From Camelus dromedarius (Eukaryota): 64,000 nucleotides of DNA. A program made the position numbers and the translations under genes. The notes under the pieces were generated by a model, which was not told where the DNA came from, did no database searches, and worked only from the letters and a program-made list of their open reading frames with translations. Positions within the stretch are counted from its first letter, which is position 1; each line of letters starts with the position of its first letter. The stretch covers positions 11,842,001 to 11,906,000 of the forward strand of contig NC_087436.1 in NCBI RefSeq assembly GCF_036321535.1. Direction: 5' to 3'. Positions 52,616-64,000 of the stretch are shown in pieces.

Positions 52616-52734
52616 TTTTTTAAGGCTTTTTTTTCACTAGTATTTTTTTTTCCCCAAATCGAGGTACTGGGGATCAATCCCAGGACTTTGTGCATGCTAA
52701 GCCTGCACTCTACCACTAAGCTATACCTGCCCCT
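52616..52734 (-). mobile_element. tRNA-Ala-derived SINE (Vic-1-like)
   Basis: Minus strand reads ggtatagcttagtggtagagtgcaggcttagcatgcacaaagtcctgggattgatccccagtacctc (A and B boxes). TSD gagacgctatcatttta / gagaggttatcatttta. Confidence 0.92.
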
Positions 52735-52759
52735 GAGAGGTTATCATTTTAAATAATGG

Positions 52760-55700
52760 CATTTAAAAAAATTCCTGAAAGAGATAAAAGAGATGAGCCA
52801 CATGGATCTTCGGGGAAGAGGAACTGAAAGTACAGGGGTTCTGTGTGGAGCCTGCCTGGCTTTTCCAGGAACAATGAGGAAGCCTGTGTGTTGAAGTGAG
52901 GTGAACAATGCAGACTGAAGACATCGGAAGACACAGGATCAGAGCAGTGGAAAAAGCCAGGTCATTTAATGCCCTGTAGGCTGTTGTAAGGATTGTAGGT
53001 TTCCGTGTCACTGAAATGGGATGCTATAAGAGTTCTGATGGGATCATTTACGTTTTAACAGGGTCACTTTGGCCGCTGCAATGAGAAAAGACTGTAAAGA
53101 GGCAAAGATAAGGGCCGGGAGACTGGTCGGGAGATTATTGCCGCAATCAGCACAAAAGATGGGAGTGGTTCCCAGAGAAACAGGAGCCTAGTACTTTGCA
53201 CTCAGATGGTGTCAGCACAGGGTGCTGACAGACTGGGTATGTGGCGTAAGAGAAAGGAAGGCTTCAGCCTAGGCTCCTGGAGGAATGGAGTGGCTACGTA
53301 CTGAAATGGGGAAAGCTTTAGGAGGTGAAGGTTTGAGAGGAAAGACCAAGAGCTCAGATTTGGACACGGTAAGTTTTAAATGCCTTTGAGGCAGCTAAGT
53401 CCAGTGTCGGATGGGTGTTTTGGTGTGTGAATCTGGAGTTCAGCGGAGTAGTCCTGCCTGGGGTTATACATTTGGGAATCGTTAGCATATACGTGATATA
53501 TAAAGCCATGAAGCTGGATGAGATCATCAAAGGAGCGAGTGTGGAATGAGAAGAGAGCTTGTCTGAGGACTCGACTCCAGAGTACATCGCTATTAATAAA
53601 CTGGGGAGAAGAGGAGGAGCCAGCAGTGGAGACTGAGAAAGCATGGCCAGTGAGAGGAGAGGGAAAGCAGGTGAGTATGGTTCGCCAGGCATTGGAATTA
53701 ATCAAGTGTTAACAAGGTGGGTGGAGTAAAGAACTGACTCAAGTACTGCTGAAAGTCATGTAAAAGACAGCTTGAAAAAAATAGAGCATCGTGTTTTAAC
53801 AACTTGGAGGTAATTCATGAGCTAGACAAGAACAGTTTTGGTAGAATGAACAGAATGGTAGTTGTGAAATAATAGAGCCATGTGTACTGGTCTCTGCCTC
53901 CAGTTCCTGGCACAGAGCTCCTAAAACCTGCGTAATTTCCTAAGTGATTAGAGCACTAGGAGCATCCTTTGTCCTAATATTTGGTCCTTCATTCTGTTTC
54001 CTGACACGGAGCCCCCGAGTCTCTTGGAATTTCCTGGGTGATAGGAGTGTCTTTTGTTCCAGTGAGGTTACTTTGGGTGGGTTCCTGGGCAGCTCCTGGA
54101 TGGGGCACACTCACCAGAAAGACCTAGCCATAAGTCAAAGTTTGGAACTTTCAGCACGGCCACTGTCCTCCTCCTATAGGAAGGGGAGAAGAGCTAGAAG
54201 TGGAGTTAATAATCCATCATGCCTACATGATGAAGCTGCTGTAAAACCCCCAAAAGGACATGGTTCAAAGAGCTTCTGGGTTGGGAAAGCATCTAAATGC
54301 TGGGAAGGTGGTACACCCCAACTCCACGGGCACGAAAGCTTCTGCACTTCGGACCTTTTTAGGTCTCCCCCTATGTATTTCTTTACCTGGCTGTTCATCT
54401 ATGTCTTTATCATATCCTCTAATGAACTGGTAAACGTAAGTAGGTCTTTCCTTGAGTTCTGTGAGCTCTTCTAACAAATGAGCAAACGCAGGGAGGGGGT
54501 TATGGGAATGCTGATTTATAGCTGGTTGGCAGACGCACAGGTGACAACTGATTGCCATCTGAAAAGGGGGGGTCACTCTTGTGGGACTGAGTCCTGTGGG
54601 ATCTGATGCTCTCTCCAGGTACATGTGTCAGAACTGAGTTACATTGGAGGACACCCAGCTGGTGTCAGAGAATTGCTTGGTTGGAGAAAAACCTACACAT
54701 CTGGTGTCAGAAGTGTTGTGAGTGTGGTAACAGGGTGAGAGTGAAGGAGACACCCAGGAAGAGTGTGTTTTCCCAGTGCAGTTGTTGAAAAGGTTGATTA
54801 GAGTGGGCTCAAAGGAAGAAAAGAGGGGTACTGAAGACAGGGAACTCCTTTGAGGTATTCAATGTAAATGAAGAAGAGAAACAGAGCAGTAGTTAGAGGA
54901 GTACGTGAGATAAAGCAAATTTTTTTTTGTTTAAGATGGGAGATATAATAATGTTTATGTGTTTTTAGAAAAGATTCAGTACAGAAGGAAAATATGATGG
55001 TACTGGAAAGAAGTAGGAGAGTCACGAAGCAATATTTTCAAGTAGATGAGAGGAAGTGGGAACTTATGCATAATGGAGTGTTTGGGCTTTGCTAGGATAG
55101 CAAACAGTTTCTCCAAAGTTACAAGAGCAGGAAGAACATATGGGCATAGATGCAGGTATCTTGGTGGATATAATGGGGGAAGCTTATGAAGATGTTTTTT
55201 GCATTGCTTCTATTTTCTCTGAGAAACAGGAAGCATGGTTTTTATTTGAGAGATTGGAGGCAGTAAGAATGAGAATGTGACAGAGAAACATGGAAGGGTT
55301 GCCAAGCAGCCCCAAAGGTCTCCCTGATGCTAAGTGAATCATCAGTTTGGGCATGTGCTTGCTCTTGGCCCCATTCATTTGGGCGGATGCAGACACGGTA
55401 TAGCGCTGAGTTAGATTTAACCAAGAGTAGAAGTTTGCCAAGTATGAAGCAGTAAGAGAGAAGGAAGGAATTTTAAAGTATATGCCAAAAACTGACTATA
55501 ATTATTGATCATAGATTTCAAACTGTCCAAAGAAGTGGATGAGAAGATGATGGAGGTGAAGGACTGTGAAAGAGTTTAGACCATTGTGGGACAAAAATTT
55601 GCAGGGCTTGGGAATAGAAGGAATCAGCAGGAATTAGAGAGTGGTGGTTAGTGACAAATGCTTGCTATGAAGATCAGGATAAGGAGTTCGAATTTTATTA

Positions 55701-56150
55701 ATTAGAAAGAAGAGAAATGACGAGATCTGATTCCTCCTCCTCCTTTTCCTTCTTCTTCTTCTAACTCACTCTAGCTGTTTTGTAGAGAATGAATTATAGC
55801 TGGGGAAGGGGAATACGAGCAACAGTAGGAGGTGATGAGAACTGGACAGACTTGGGATGTATTTTAGAATGAAGTTCCCAGAACTTGCTAATGAATTGGG
55901 TATGGGAGTGAGCAAAAAGACAGAATCAAATATTATCCTTAATTTTTTTCCAAGAGCTACTGAGGGACAACTGGCCCTCTGACACGGGGGCTGAAAAGGA
56001 GCATAACCTCTAGGAGGTGAGCAAGAGCATTTTTTTTGAAAATATTAATTTTGAGATGTTTATTAGATACCTAAGAAGAAATATCATATAATGTGTGTAT
56101 AATTCTAAGGCTCAAGAGAGAGATCAGGGCTGCAGTCTTAGGGTGAGTGA
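52760..56150 (-). mobile_element. Long L2 remnant(s), split by a MER21-like LTR
   Basis: Antisense L2 motifs. Minus ORF 53376-53705 includes a degenerate RT-like stretch (DLIQLHGFIYHVYANDSQMY, compare L2 YADD). Confidence 0.8.
53865..54780 (+). mobile_element. MER21-like solo LTR
   Basis: TG...CA termini with 4-bp TSD GTTG (53861-53864 and 54781-54784), MER21 motifs cctggcacagagctcctaaaac, aatttcctgggtgatagg and cctacacatctggtgtcagaagtg. Confidence 0.85.
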
Positions 56151-56156
56151 GAACAC

Positions 56157-56590
56157 CTGGTTGGAGATCATCATTCTAAGTGAAGTGAGCCAGAAAGAGA
56201 AAGAAAAATACCACATATCACTTATATGTGGCTTCCAAAAAAAAAAAAAAAAAAAAGAAAGAAAAAGAAAAGACAAATGAAACTTATTTACAAAACAGAA
56301 GCAGGACTCACAGACATAGAAAACAAACTTATGGTTACCACGGGATAGGGGGTGGGAAGGGATAAATTGGAATTTTGAGATTTTCAGATACTAACTACTA
56401 TATATAAAATATAAACAACAAGTTTCTACTGTAGAGCACAGGGAATTATATTCAATATCTTATAGTAACCTATAATGAAAAAAAGTATGAAAACGAATAT
56501 ATGTATGTATATGTATGACTGAAACATTATACTCTACACCAGAAATTGGCACAACATTGTAAACTGACCATACTTTAATTTAAAAAAAAA
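56157..56590 (+). mobile_element. Short LINE-1 3' end
   Basis: tggagatcatcattctaagtgaagtgagccag...cacaacattgtaaactgac...A-tail. Confidence 0.92.
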
Positions 56591-57004
56591 GTAAATTAGT
56601 GGGTCTGCATGAGCTCACTCAGAGTGAAATGGAAGAGGAAATATGCGATGTGTTCATCAGTGAGCACAGGGACAAACATAAAGAAGGAAAACGAATATCT
56701 TTGAATAAAAAAATCATGGTTAATAAGCGATGGATTTGATTTTCAAGGAAGGCATATGATCCTTTCTTTAATTCCTCGAGGAACAGAAAACAAAACCACC
56801 TTACAGAATGTTGGGCAGTAGGAAGAAAATACATTTTTTCCTTCAAACTCCTCCGATCCTCTGTGCAACATCTGCTTTAACCAGGTCAGACATTTACCAG
56901 AGTCAGTAAGGAACCGATTCCCCATCCCCTCCCCATAGTTTTGGTAATAGAACAGTTACTGAATACTCCCAGCATATTCTAGTATTTTATGAGTCAACTG
57001 ACAT

Positions 57005-58136
57005 TTCTTTCCTTTTTTTAAAATATATTTTTTATTGAAGTATAGTCAGTTTACAATGTTGTATCAATTCCTAGTGTACAGCACAATACTTCAGTCATAC
57101 TGGAAGAGAAACATTCCCTGTGCTATACAGTATAAACTTGTTGTTTATCTGTTTTGCATATAGTAGTTAGTATCTGCAAATCTCGAACTCCCAATTTATC
57201 CCTTCCCATCCCCTTTCACCCCCAGTGACCATAAGTTTGTTTGATATGTCTGTGAGTCTGTTTCTGTTTTCTAAGTAAGTTTGTTTGTCTTTTTTTTTTT
57301 TTTTTAAGATTCCACATATAAGTGCTATCATATGGTATTTTTCTTTATCTTTCTGGCTTCACTTAGAATGACATTACCCAGGTCCATCATTGTTGCTGCA
57401 AATGACATTATTTTATTCTTTTTTATGACAGAATAGTATTCCATTGTATAAATATACCACAACTTCTTTATCCAGTCATCTGTTGATGGACATTAGGTTA
57501 CTTCCATGTCTTGACTATTGTATATAGTGCTGCTATGAACATTGAGGTGCATGTATCTTTTTGAATTAATGTTCCCTCTGGATATATACCCAGGAGTGGG
57601 ATTGCTGGATCATATGGTAAGTCTATTTTTAGTTTTTTGAGGAATCTCCATATTGATTTTCATAATGGCTGCACCAAACTACATTCCCGTCAACAGTATA
57701 CAAGGGTTCCCTTTTCTCCAGTTTATTGTTTGTGGACTTTTGAATGATGGTCATTCTGACTGGTGTGAGGTGATATCTCATTATAGTTTCGATTTGCATT
57801 TCTCTGATAATTATTGATATTGAACATTTTTTTCATGTGCCTATTGGCCATTTGCATGTCTTCACTGGAGAATTGCTTATTTAGGTCTTCTGCCCATTTT
57901 TGGATTGAGTTGTTTGTTTGTTTTTTCTTCTTAAGTTGTATGAGCTGTTCATATATTCTAGAAATTAAACCTTTGTCAGTGTCATCTTTTGCAAATATAT
58001 CCTCCCATTCCATAGGTTGTCTTTCTGTTTTGCTTATGGTTTCCTTTGTAGTGCAAATGCTTATAAGTTTAATTAGGTCCCATTTGTTTATTTTTGCTTT
58101 TATTTCTATTGCCTGGGTAGACTGCCCTAGGAGAAC
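57005..58136 (-). mobile_element. LINE-1 3' fragment
   Basis: ORF 57723-58142 ([12 protein letters not shown]...[12 protein letters not shown]...[13 protein letters not shown]) is the ORF2 C-terminus. Poly-T at left. Confidence 0.95.
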
Positions 58137-58599
58137 TTCCATACCCCCAATTTTTCATTTGTGCTGTGTTTCTCCTTTCCATAACTTGATCACAAACGAC
58201 ATCCTTCTTCTTACCAGCTCCTAGAGATTTCCCAACAAAAAAATCACTAAATTTAAGGGACTGTAGGTTCATCTTCTCTTTGATCCTTCATACTGCTTGT
58301 TTTATCATCATTCTTCAGTAAAATTCAAAACAAGGTCCTAGACATGGCCCAGGGTTTGCAGGACCTGCCTGCTGCTCCTGCTGCGCCCCTCCCGTTTCAG
58401 TCCCCCCTCCCTTTAGGTGCTCTGTGTTTGGCCTTCTTTCAGTTCTCACCTGTGTCACATTTCTTGCTAACAGAAGGCTTTCACACCTGCTGTTCCTTTT
58501 TGCCTAGAACTCCATTTCTGCTCTGCCTACCTCAGTAAATTAGTACAAATTCTTCAGAGGTCAGCTTGAGGGTTCTTTCCATGACCCTACAGACTAGCT

Positions 58600-58791
58600 C
58601 AGGGTTTCCCAACAGTGGTATTATGACATTGTAGAGAAGATGATTGTTGGTTGGGAGAGAAATGCCCTATGAACTCCAGGATGCTTAGCAGCATCTGCCA
58701 GTTGTACCCCTAAGTTGTGACAGTAAAAAATGTCTTCAGGCATCGCCGCATGTCTCCTGGGAGGCAGAATTGCTTCCAGTTGAGAATACTG
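58600..58791. mobile_element. MER20-like hAT transposon within an L2 remnant (~58320-58970)
   Basis: TIR-like cagggtttcccaac...gttgagaatactg, internal gttgtgacagtaaaaaatgtct. Confidence 0.75.
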
Positions 58792-58970
58792 CCCTGGGTT
58801 AAGTGCCCTTGTTATATACTGTCATATGCTCTACTCTCCAAGTCGTGCTAGTATCTAAATGACCATGTTTAAGTGCTATTTTTCCTACTGAAATGTAAGT
58901 GCTATGTGAAAAGGGACCATTCTTGTTAAAATTTCCATCCCGAGTGCCTCGCACAGTGCCAGTTGCTAAG

Positions 58971-59350
58971 CATAATGGGTTAAATTGTGTCCCCTTAGAA
59001 TGCATATGTTGAAATCCTAGCCTCTAGTATCTTAGAATGAGACTGTATTTGGAGAAAGGATCTTTAAAGGGACAATTAAGGAAAAATGCAGTCATATGGG
59101 TGGGCTCTAATCCAGTGATGTTCTGGTAAGAAGAGGAAATCTGAGCATAGACATCTGTGCACCCAGAGGGAGGACCATGTGGAGACACTAAAAGAAGGTG
59201 GCATCTGTAAGCCAAGGAGAGAGACCTCAAAAGAAAGCAGCCCTGTCAACACCTTATTCTTGTAATTCTAGCCTCCAGAACTGAGAAACAATAAATTTCT
59301 GTTTTTAAACCGCCCAGTGTGTGGTATTCTGTTGTAGTAGCCCGGGAGGG
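58971..59350 (+). mobile_element. MLT1A/B-like MaLR LTR
   Basis: aattgtgtcccc...gactgtatttggaga...aagccaaggagagagacctca...ctagcctccagaactgagaaacaataaatttctg. Confidence 0.88.
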
Positions 59351-59394
59351 GACTCTTTTATATGTCACACTTTTTAATATACTATACAGTTAGT

Positions 59395-59970
59395 ATCCCT
59401 TGTAAATCAATTAGGATGTCTTTAGCTGCAAATCGAAAGACAGATAAATCCAATAACCAAATATTGGGAGGTAGGTGTTTCCAGGCTTGGTTAATTCATT
59501 GGTTCAACATGTCATCAAGCATTCACATTTTTCTAGTTTTTCATTCTGTCACTTCCAGTTAGTTGGGTTTCTAGGCTACCCCTCTCAAGATCTTAAAATA
59601 CCCTTGTTCCAGGCATTGCATCCTGACAGAACAAAGTTGAACAGAAGAGTAAGTAGTGTTACTTTCTTTAGTTGAAGAATAAAAAGGATAATTAAAAATA
59701 AAAACCTTTATGAGGTTTTTCTCCCCTTCCCGAGATTCCACTTATGTCTGTCTCATTATCCCAAATTGGGTTTCATGTCTATCCCTAAGCCCACCATTGG
59801 CAAGATAACCACAATTGGTTTGGACTCACCAGGATTTACCTGTGGTTTGGGGATAAGATTACCTTCCCTGGGAGGTGGAAATATAAATAAAATTTGTGTT
59901 TTGTTTGTAAGGTAGGAAGGGAGAACACACATTGGTTGAGCAGGCAATCAAAAGTGTCTGCTGTCCCACA
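59395..59970 (-). mobile_element. Old MLT1 (J/K-like) remnant
   Basis: ttaggatgtctttagctgcaaat...aattgggtttcatgtctatccctaagcc. Confidence 0.55.
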
Positions 59971-60719
59971 GAATAGACATGAGTAAACTCATGTAGATTA
60001 AGTTTTTAGTTTCTAGCTTCTGAATTCCCACTTGTCTTCAGTTCCCTCTCAGTGACGTAAAAATGTCTTTGGATATTAAGTCCATTTTGTATTTACAATC
60101 TATGCTGGTTTTAGAGGAAAATGTGACTCTCTTAATTCTTGCTATTAAATCCTCCACTCTACCCTTGATCATAACAGATTTTGCCTATTGCTCAATTTGG
60201 ATATTTCATTTTCTTACTTCTTGTCTCTAACCCAGATTCAAGCTGTAAGTAACAGTTCTTTTCCTGCAATCAAATTCAAATATTGCTGTGCAATTCTTCC
60301 CCTAAATACATCTTTCTACTGATATTCTTCCACCAAACCATTTCCTCTGTGCCCATTGGAGTCCATGCTTCTTGGCACCTTCAGTTCTTTTCACAACATT
60401 CTTGTCTTAAGTGATGCCTACCTTTGATTTCCCCCAAGAAGTCATCTCAGTGGAGGATTCTCCTGTCTTTCTTTCCAATGGATCATGAGTCAGGAAGTCG
60501 GGGCAGCCATTTTCTCAGTTGCCTAGTGCTGTTTCTAAGACTTTACACTTGATTTTTTGTTCTAAACTACTCCTTTTTAAAACTTGAGTATTCCAAGCAG
60601 ATAAGCTTCCACTTTCCTTTCCAATAAACTGGACAATGAAATATTTATCAAGAACATTAAGTACCCATATCATATTCTTCCTGCCCATTCCTCATTCTTG
60701 CCATTAATGATTGTTCTAG

Positions 60720-60880
60720 CCTCATGGCTTCTTTCTTCCTTCTCTCTCCCTCCCTCCCGGCATATCTCTCTCCTTCCCTTTATCTCTCCCTCTCTACCTC
60801 CCTCTCCCTCATTTTCTCCTATCTCTTTCTTTTCCTCCCTCTTCCTTCCCTTCTTTTCTTTCTCTATTTTCCTTTCTTTT
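60720..60880. repeat. Polypyrimidine low-complexity tract (probably a decayed L1 A-tail)
   Basis: Almost entirely C/T and directly precedes the minus-strand L1 3' end at 60880. Confidence 0.85.
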
Positions 60881-61965
60881 CAGCTTTACTGAGGCTTAAT
60901 TGATGTGCAATAAGCTCTACACATGTTTAAAAGGTACAATCTGATAAGTTTGTGAGTTATCTATTACTTCATAACAAATTACCTCAAAACATAGTGGTTT
61001 TAAACAACAAACATTCATTACCTCACTGTTTTTGTGGATTGGGAATCTGGAAATGGCTGAGCTGAGTACTCTGGCTGAAATCAAAATGTTGGCCAGAGTT
61101 ACAATCATCTCAGTGTGTAACAGAGGGTGGATCCGCTTTGAAACTCACTCCCATGGCTGTTGGCAGACTTCAGAGATCCCTTTCCAAGTTCACTCATATG
61201 GGATGTTGGCTGAAGATATCAGTCGCTTGCCATGTGAACCTCTTCATGGCAGCTTGCTTTCCCCAGAGCAAGGTTTGAGAGAGAGAGAGAGAAGAGAGAG
61301 GAAATGTTTCAGGCTGAAACCATAGTTGTTTTTTGTAACCTAATCTTCGAAGTGACAACCCATCATTTCTACCACATTTTATTCACTAAAAGTGAGTTAC
61401 TATACACCTGAAACTCTAGTATGTTTTATGTCAACTATGCCTCAATTAAAAAAAATGAGTCACTAAATGCCGCTCACACTTAAGCAAAGAGGATTCCACA
61501 AGGGCATGAATACGGGGACATCTTAGGTGCTGTTTACCACAATGAACCGTGACATATGTACACCATGAATCACCCCAACCAAGATAATTGGCATTTCCAT
61601 CACCCCCCACCCCAATTTTTCTCATGTCCCTTTAGAATTCATTCATCCTTCCACCTTCTTTCCCTGGCAAGTACTACTCTACCATTTTCTGTCACTATAG
61701 ATTGAATTTTTTGGAATTTCATTAAATGGAATCATACACTGTGTACTCTTTTTTGGTTTGGCTTTTTATTCAGCATAATGATTTTGAGAGTCATTTATGT
61801 TGTTTACATCAATAGTTTGTCCTTGTTATTATTGAGCAACATTTCATTGAATGGATATACACACTTTGTTTATCTCTTTACCTACTTATGGGCATTTGAG
61901 TTGCTTCCAGTTTGGAATTATTGTGAATAAAGCTGATACGAATATTTGCGTTCAAGGTCTTTGTG
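60880..61965 (-). mobile_element. Old L1M 3'UTR interrupted by an MLT1 (60951-61541), which itself carries a ~48-bp L1 tail (61403-61450)
   Basis: cagctttactgagg...aatggaatcatac L1M motifs, MLT1 ataacaaattacctcaaaacatagtgg, TSD aaaagtgagttacta / aaaaatgagtcacta around the L1 tail. Confidence 0.8.
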
Positions 61966-61969
61966 CAGA

Positions 61970-63110
61970 GGTGATGGTTAATTTTATGTGTGGACTTGGC
62001 TGGGCTATTGTGTCCAGTTGTTTGGTCAAGCACAGTCTAGAAGTTGCTGTGGAAGTATTTTTTAGATGTGATTAACATTCAAATCAGTAGACTTTAAGTA
62101 AAGCAGATTATATTCCCTAGTTGATAAACCTCATCCATTCAGTTGAAGGCCTCAAGAGCAAAGACTGTAGTCTCTAGAAGAAATTTCTCTTAAGACTGCA
62201 ACATAGAAACCTTGCCTGAGCTTCCAGTCCTTTGCTCTGTGGAATTCAGACTCAAACTGCAACATCAACTCTTGCCTGAATTTCTAGCCTGACATCCTGC
62301 CACACAAATTTCCAACTTGCTAGCTCCTAAAGTTGTTTAAGACGGTTCCTTAAAATCTCTCTCTCTCCCCTCTATTTTGGTACTGAGGGTGGTTCTAGAG
62401 AAGTAGAATCTTAAGGATGAGTTTTCTGAATTGGTTCTCAGCTTTCTGAACTTGGTTCTATAACCTTATTAGATTTAAAGGCACTAATGACTGTATTTCT
62501 AGTAGTAAAGAGAGTACTGACAGGCCATGGCATGATCTTGCAATAGAAATATGCAAAGATCACCTGATGCTGCTAAGCAAATAGTTATAACAGGTAAGGT
62601 TCTGGGTGACCATGTATTTGATGCTTATCTTAGTCACTTAAGGCTGCCATAACAAAATACCATAGATTGGATGGTTTAAACGACAGGAATTTATTTCTCA
62701 CAGTTCTGGAGACTGGAAGTCCAAGTTCAAACTTCTAGCAGGGTTGGTGTCCTGTGAGAGTTCTTTCCTTGGGCTGCAGGTGGCTGCCTTCTTGCTGTGT
62801 CCTTACGTGGCCTCTCCTTGTTGTGTGTAGGGAGAGAAAGAGAGAGAGAGCAAGCCCTCTGCTGTGCTTCTCATAAGAGCACCAATCCCATCAGACCAGG
62901 ACTCTTCCTCGTGGCCTCACCCAACTCAAATTATTTCCCAAAGGCCCCATCTCCAAACACCACTACATTGACAGCTGGGGCTTCAACATATGAATTTGGG
63001 GGGGTAGGACACAAACATTTAGTCCTTAACAATATGTTAGAACACTTTTGTCAAACTAATGAGTATAATGAGTTTGGATAGTTACTCCTAATCATGCTGG
63101 GCAAAGTTAC
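61970..63110 (+). mobile_element. MLT2 LTR plus 5' ERVL internal sequence, interrupted by an MLT1A-like LTR (62626-63031, minus)
   Basis: gtgatggttaattttatgtg...aagtaaagcagatta (MLT2), then ttttggtactgag...gagttttctgaattggttct (ERVL-int start). MLT1A ggctgccataacaaaataccatagat...gggcttcaacatatgaattt. Confidence 0.8.
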
Positions 63111-63929
63111 AAGGGTCCTAAAAATGCATTAGGAATCTTTCCTTTTCATTATCTTCTTTTCTTTTTGTTGGGTCTTTATTCCTCTTGGTTGACTTCAGTA
63201 TTGAACAAGCTCTTCTCTTGTGCTGCAAAGGGAAGCCCTTGGTTCAAGGCTTGCTTGGTTCTGGCCTGAGGCATTTTAAAAAGAGAAAGTGGCTCTTTCT
63301 TAATCCTTAATCTTTAAATAATATTCTGTGAAGAATTTTGGTTGGCTTAGATTGGGTCACATGCCTATCCCCAAATTAATTACTGGAGGATGTGTTATTC
63401 TGATTGGCTGGCCCAGGACTGTATGCCTATCGTACAGCTGAAGATCTTGGTCAATCTTATCAAACCATGTGGACTTGGCGGAGCGGGGTGATTCTGCAGA
63501 AGTATTATAAGAGCTCATTTAATTGCAAAAAGTGAAAATGGATGCACAGAACCTTCTAAAACTTCCCTAGGTGCTCTTTGCTTCCACCTCTGCTCTTACT
63601 ACAATTGGTACCTGCCTTAATTAAAGTCATTATTGCATCATAATTTTCTGTTGGTCCTATCTGAGTCTCCCTGTGATTATAAATTCTGTGGGGGCAGAAA
63701 CTGTTAATTTTCATCTTCATATCTCCATTGCTTGGCATAGTTTTCAGTTTATAGTGGTGCTTAGCAAATATTCATTGCTGGATTATATCTATTCAGTTTA
63801 ATCTAGTTAATTACTCTCTTGCTGGAGGTGTCATGGTCCCTGAACACTTGATATTCTCTCATTAAGTAAATCCTTCTCAGGTACCTTTTTGAAAGACAAA
63901 GTCTTTTAAAAATTCATTACTTAATGGAT

Positions 63930-64000
63930 AAGAATCTGAAAAAGAATATACACATACACATATAGGTAGTATAATTGAATCACTTTGCTGTGCACTTGAA
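63930..64000 (+). mobile_element. L1 3'UTR fragment cut by the window end
   Basis: gaatctgaaaaagaata...tataattgaatcactttgctgtgcacttgaa. Confidence 0.75.

Noticed and set aside
52660..52734. Possible tRNA-Ala gene (also 18068-18141 and 48800-48859)
   Set aside because: Mutated stems, A-rich tails and TSDs show these are SINEs, not tRNAs.
53944..54624. 176-aa and 119-aa ORFs
   Set aside because: Lie wholly within a MER21-like LTR.

Overview
Repeat-dominated mammalian genomic DNA (intergenic or long-intron). It is most likely camelid, because all three young SINEs are tRNA-Ala(AGC)-derived Vic-1-like elements and I saw no Alu, B1, Bov-tA, PRE-1 or CAN SINEs. I recognise no host protein-coding gene, rRNA, true tRNA or CRISPR array. 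The only recognisable ORFs are decayed LINE-1 ORF1/ORF2 pieces, and the rest of the ORF track looks like chance or antisense-L1 ORFs. The window contains many L1 fragments (long ones mostly on the minus strand, one with a twin-priming 5' inversion), solo ERV LTRs, MaLR (MLT1) and ERVL (MLT2) elements, MER21-like LTRs, two MER20 DNA transposons, L2, MIR and microsatellites. The most notable features are: an LTR with a ~23-bp-periodic CCAAT array plus two octamers and a TATA box (33.0-33.5 kb); a chain of minus-strand splice-site-bounded segments at 0-6 kb; a plus-strand candidate exon chain ending in a TACTAAC-branchpoint terminal exon (37-52 kb); a probable captured mRNA 3' end between L1 pieces (41.55 kb); a perfect 76-bp tandem duplication; and an RCGTG motif cluster at 47.2-47.5 kb. 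I cannot support a novel biological system from the sequence alone. Repeat family names are from recall of consensus sequences, not a database search, and boundaries are approximate unless a target-site duplication (TSD) is given.
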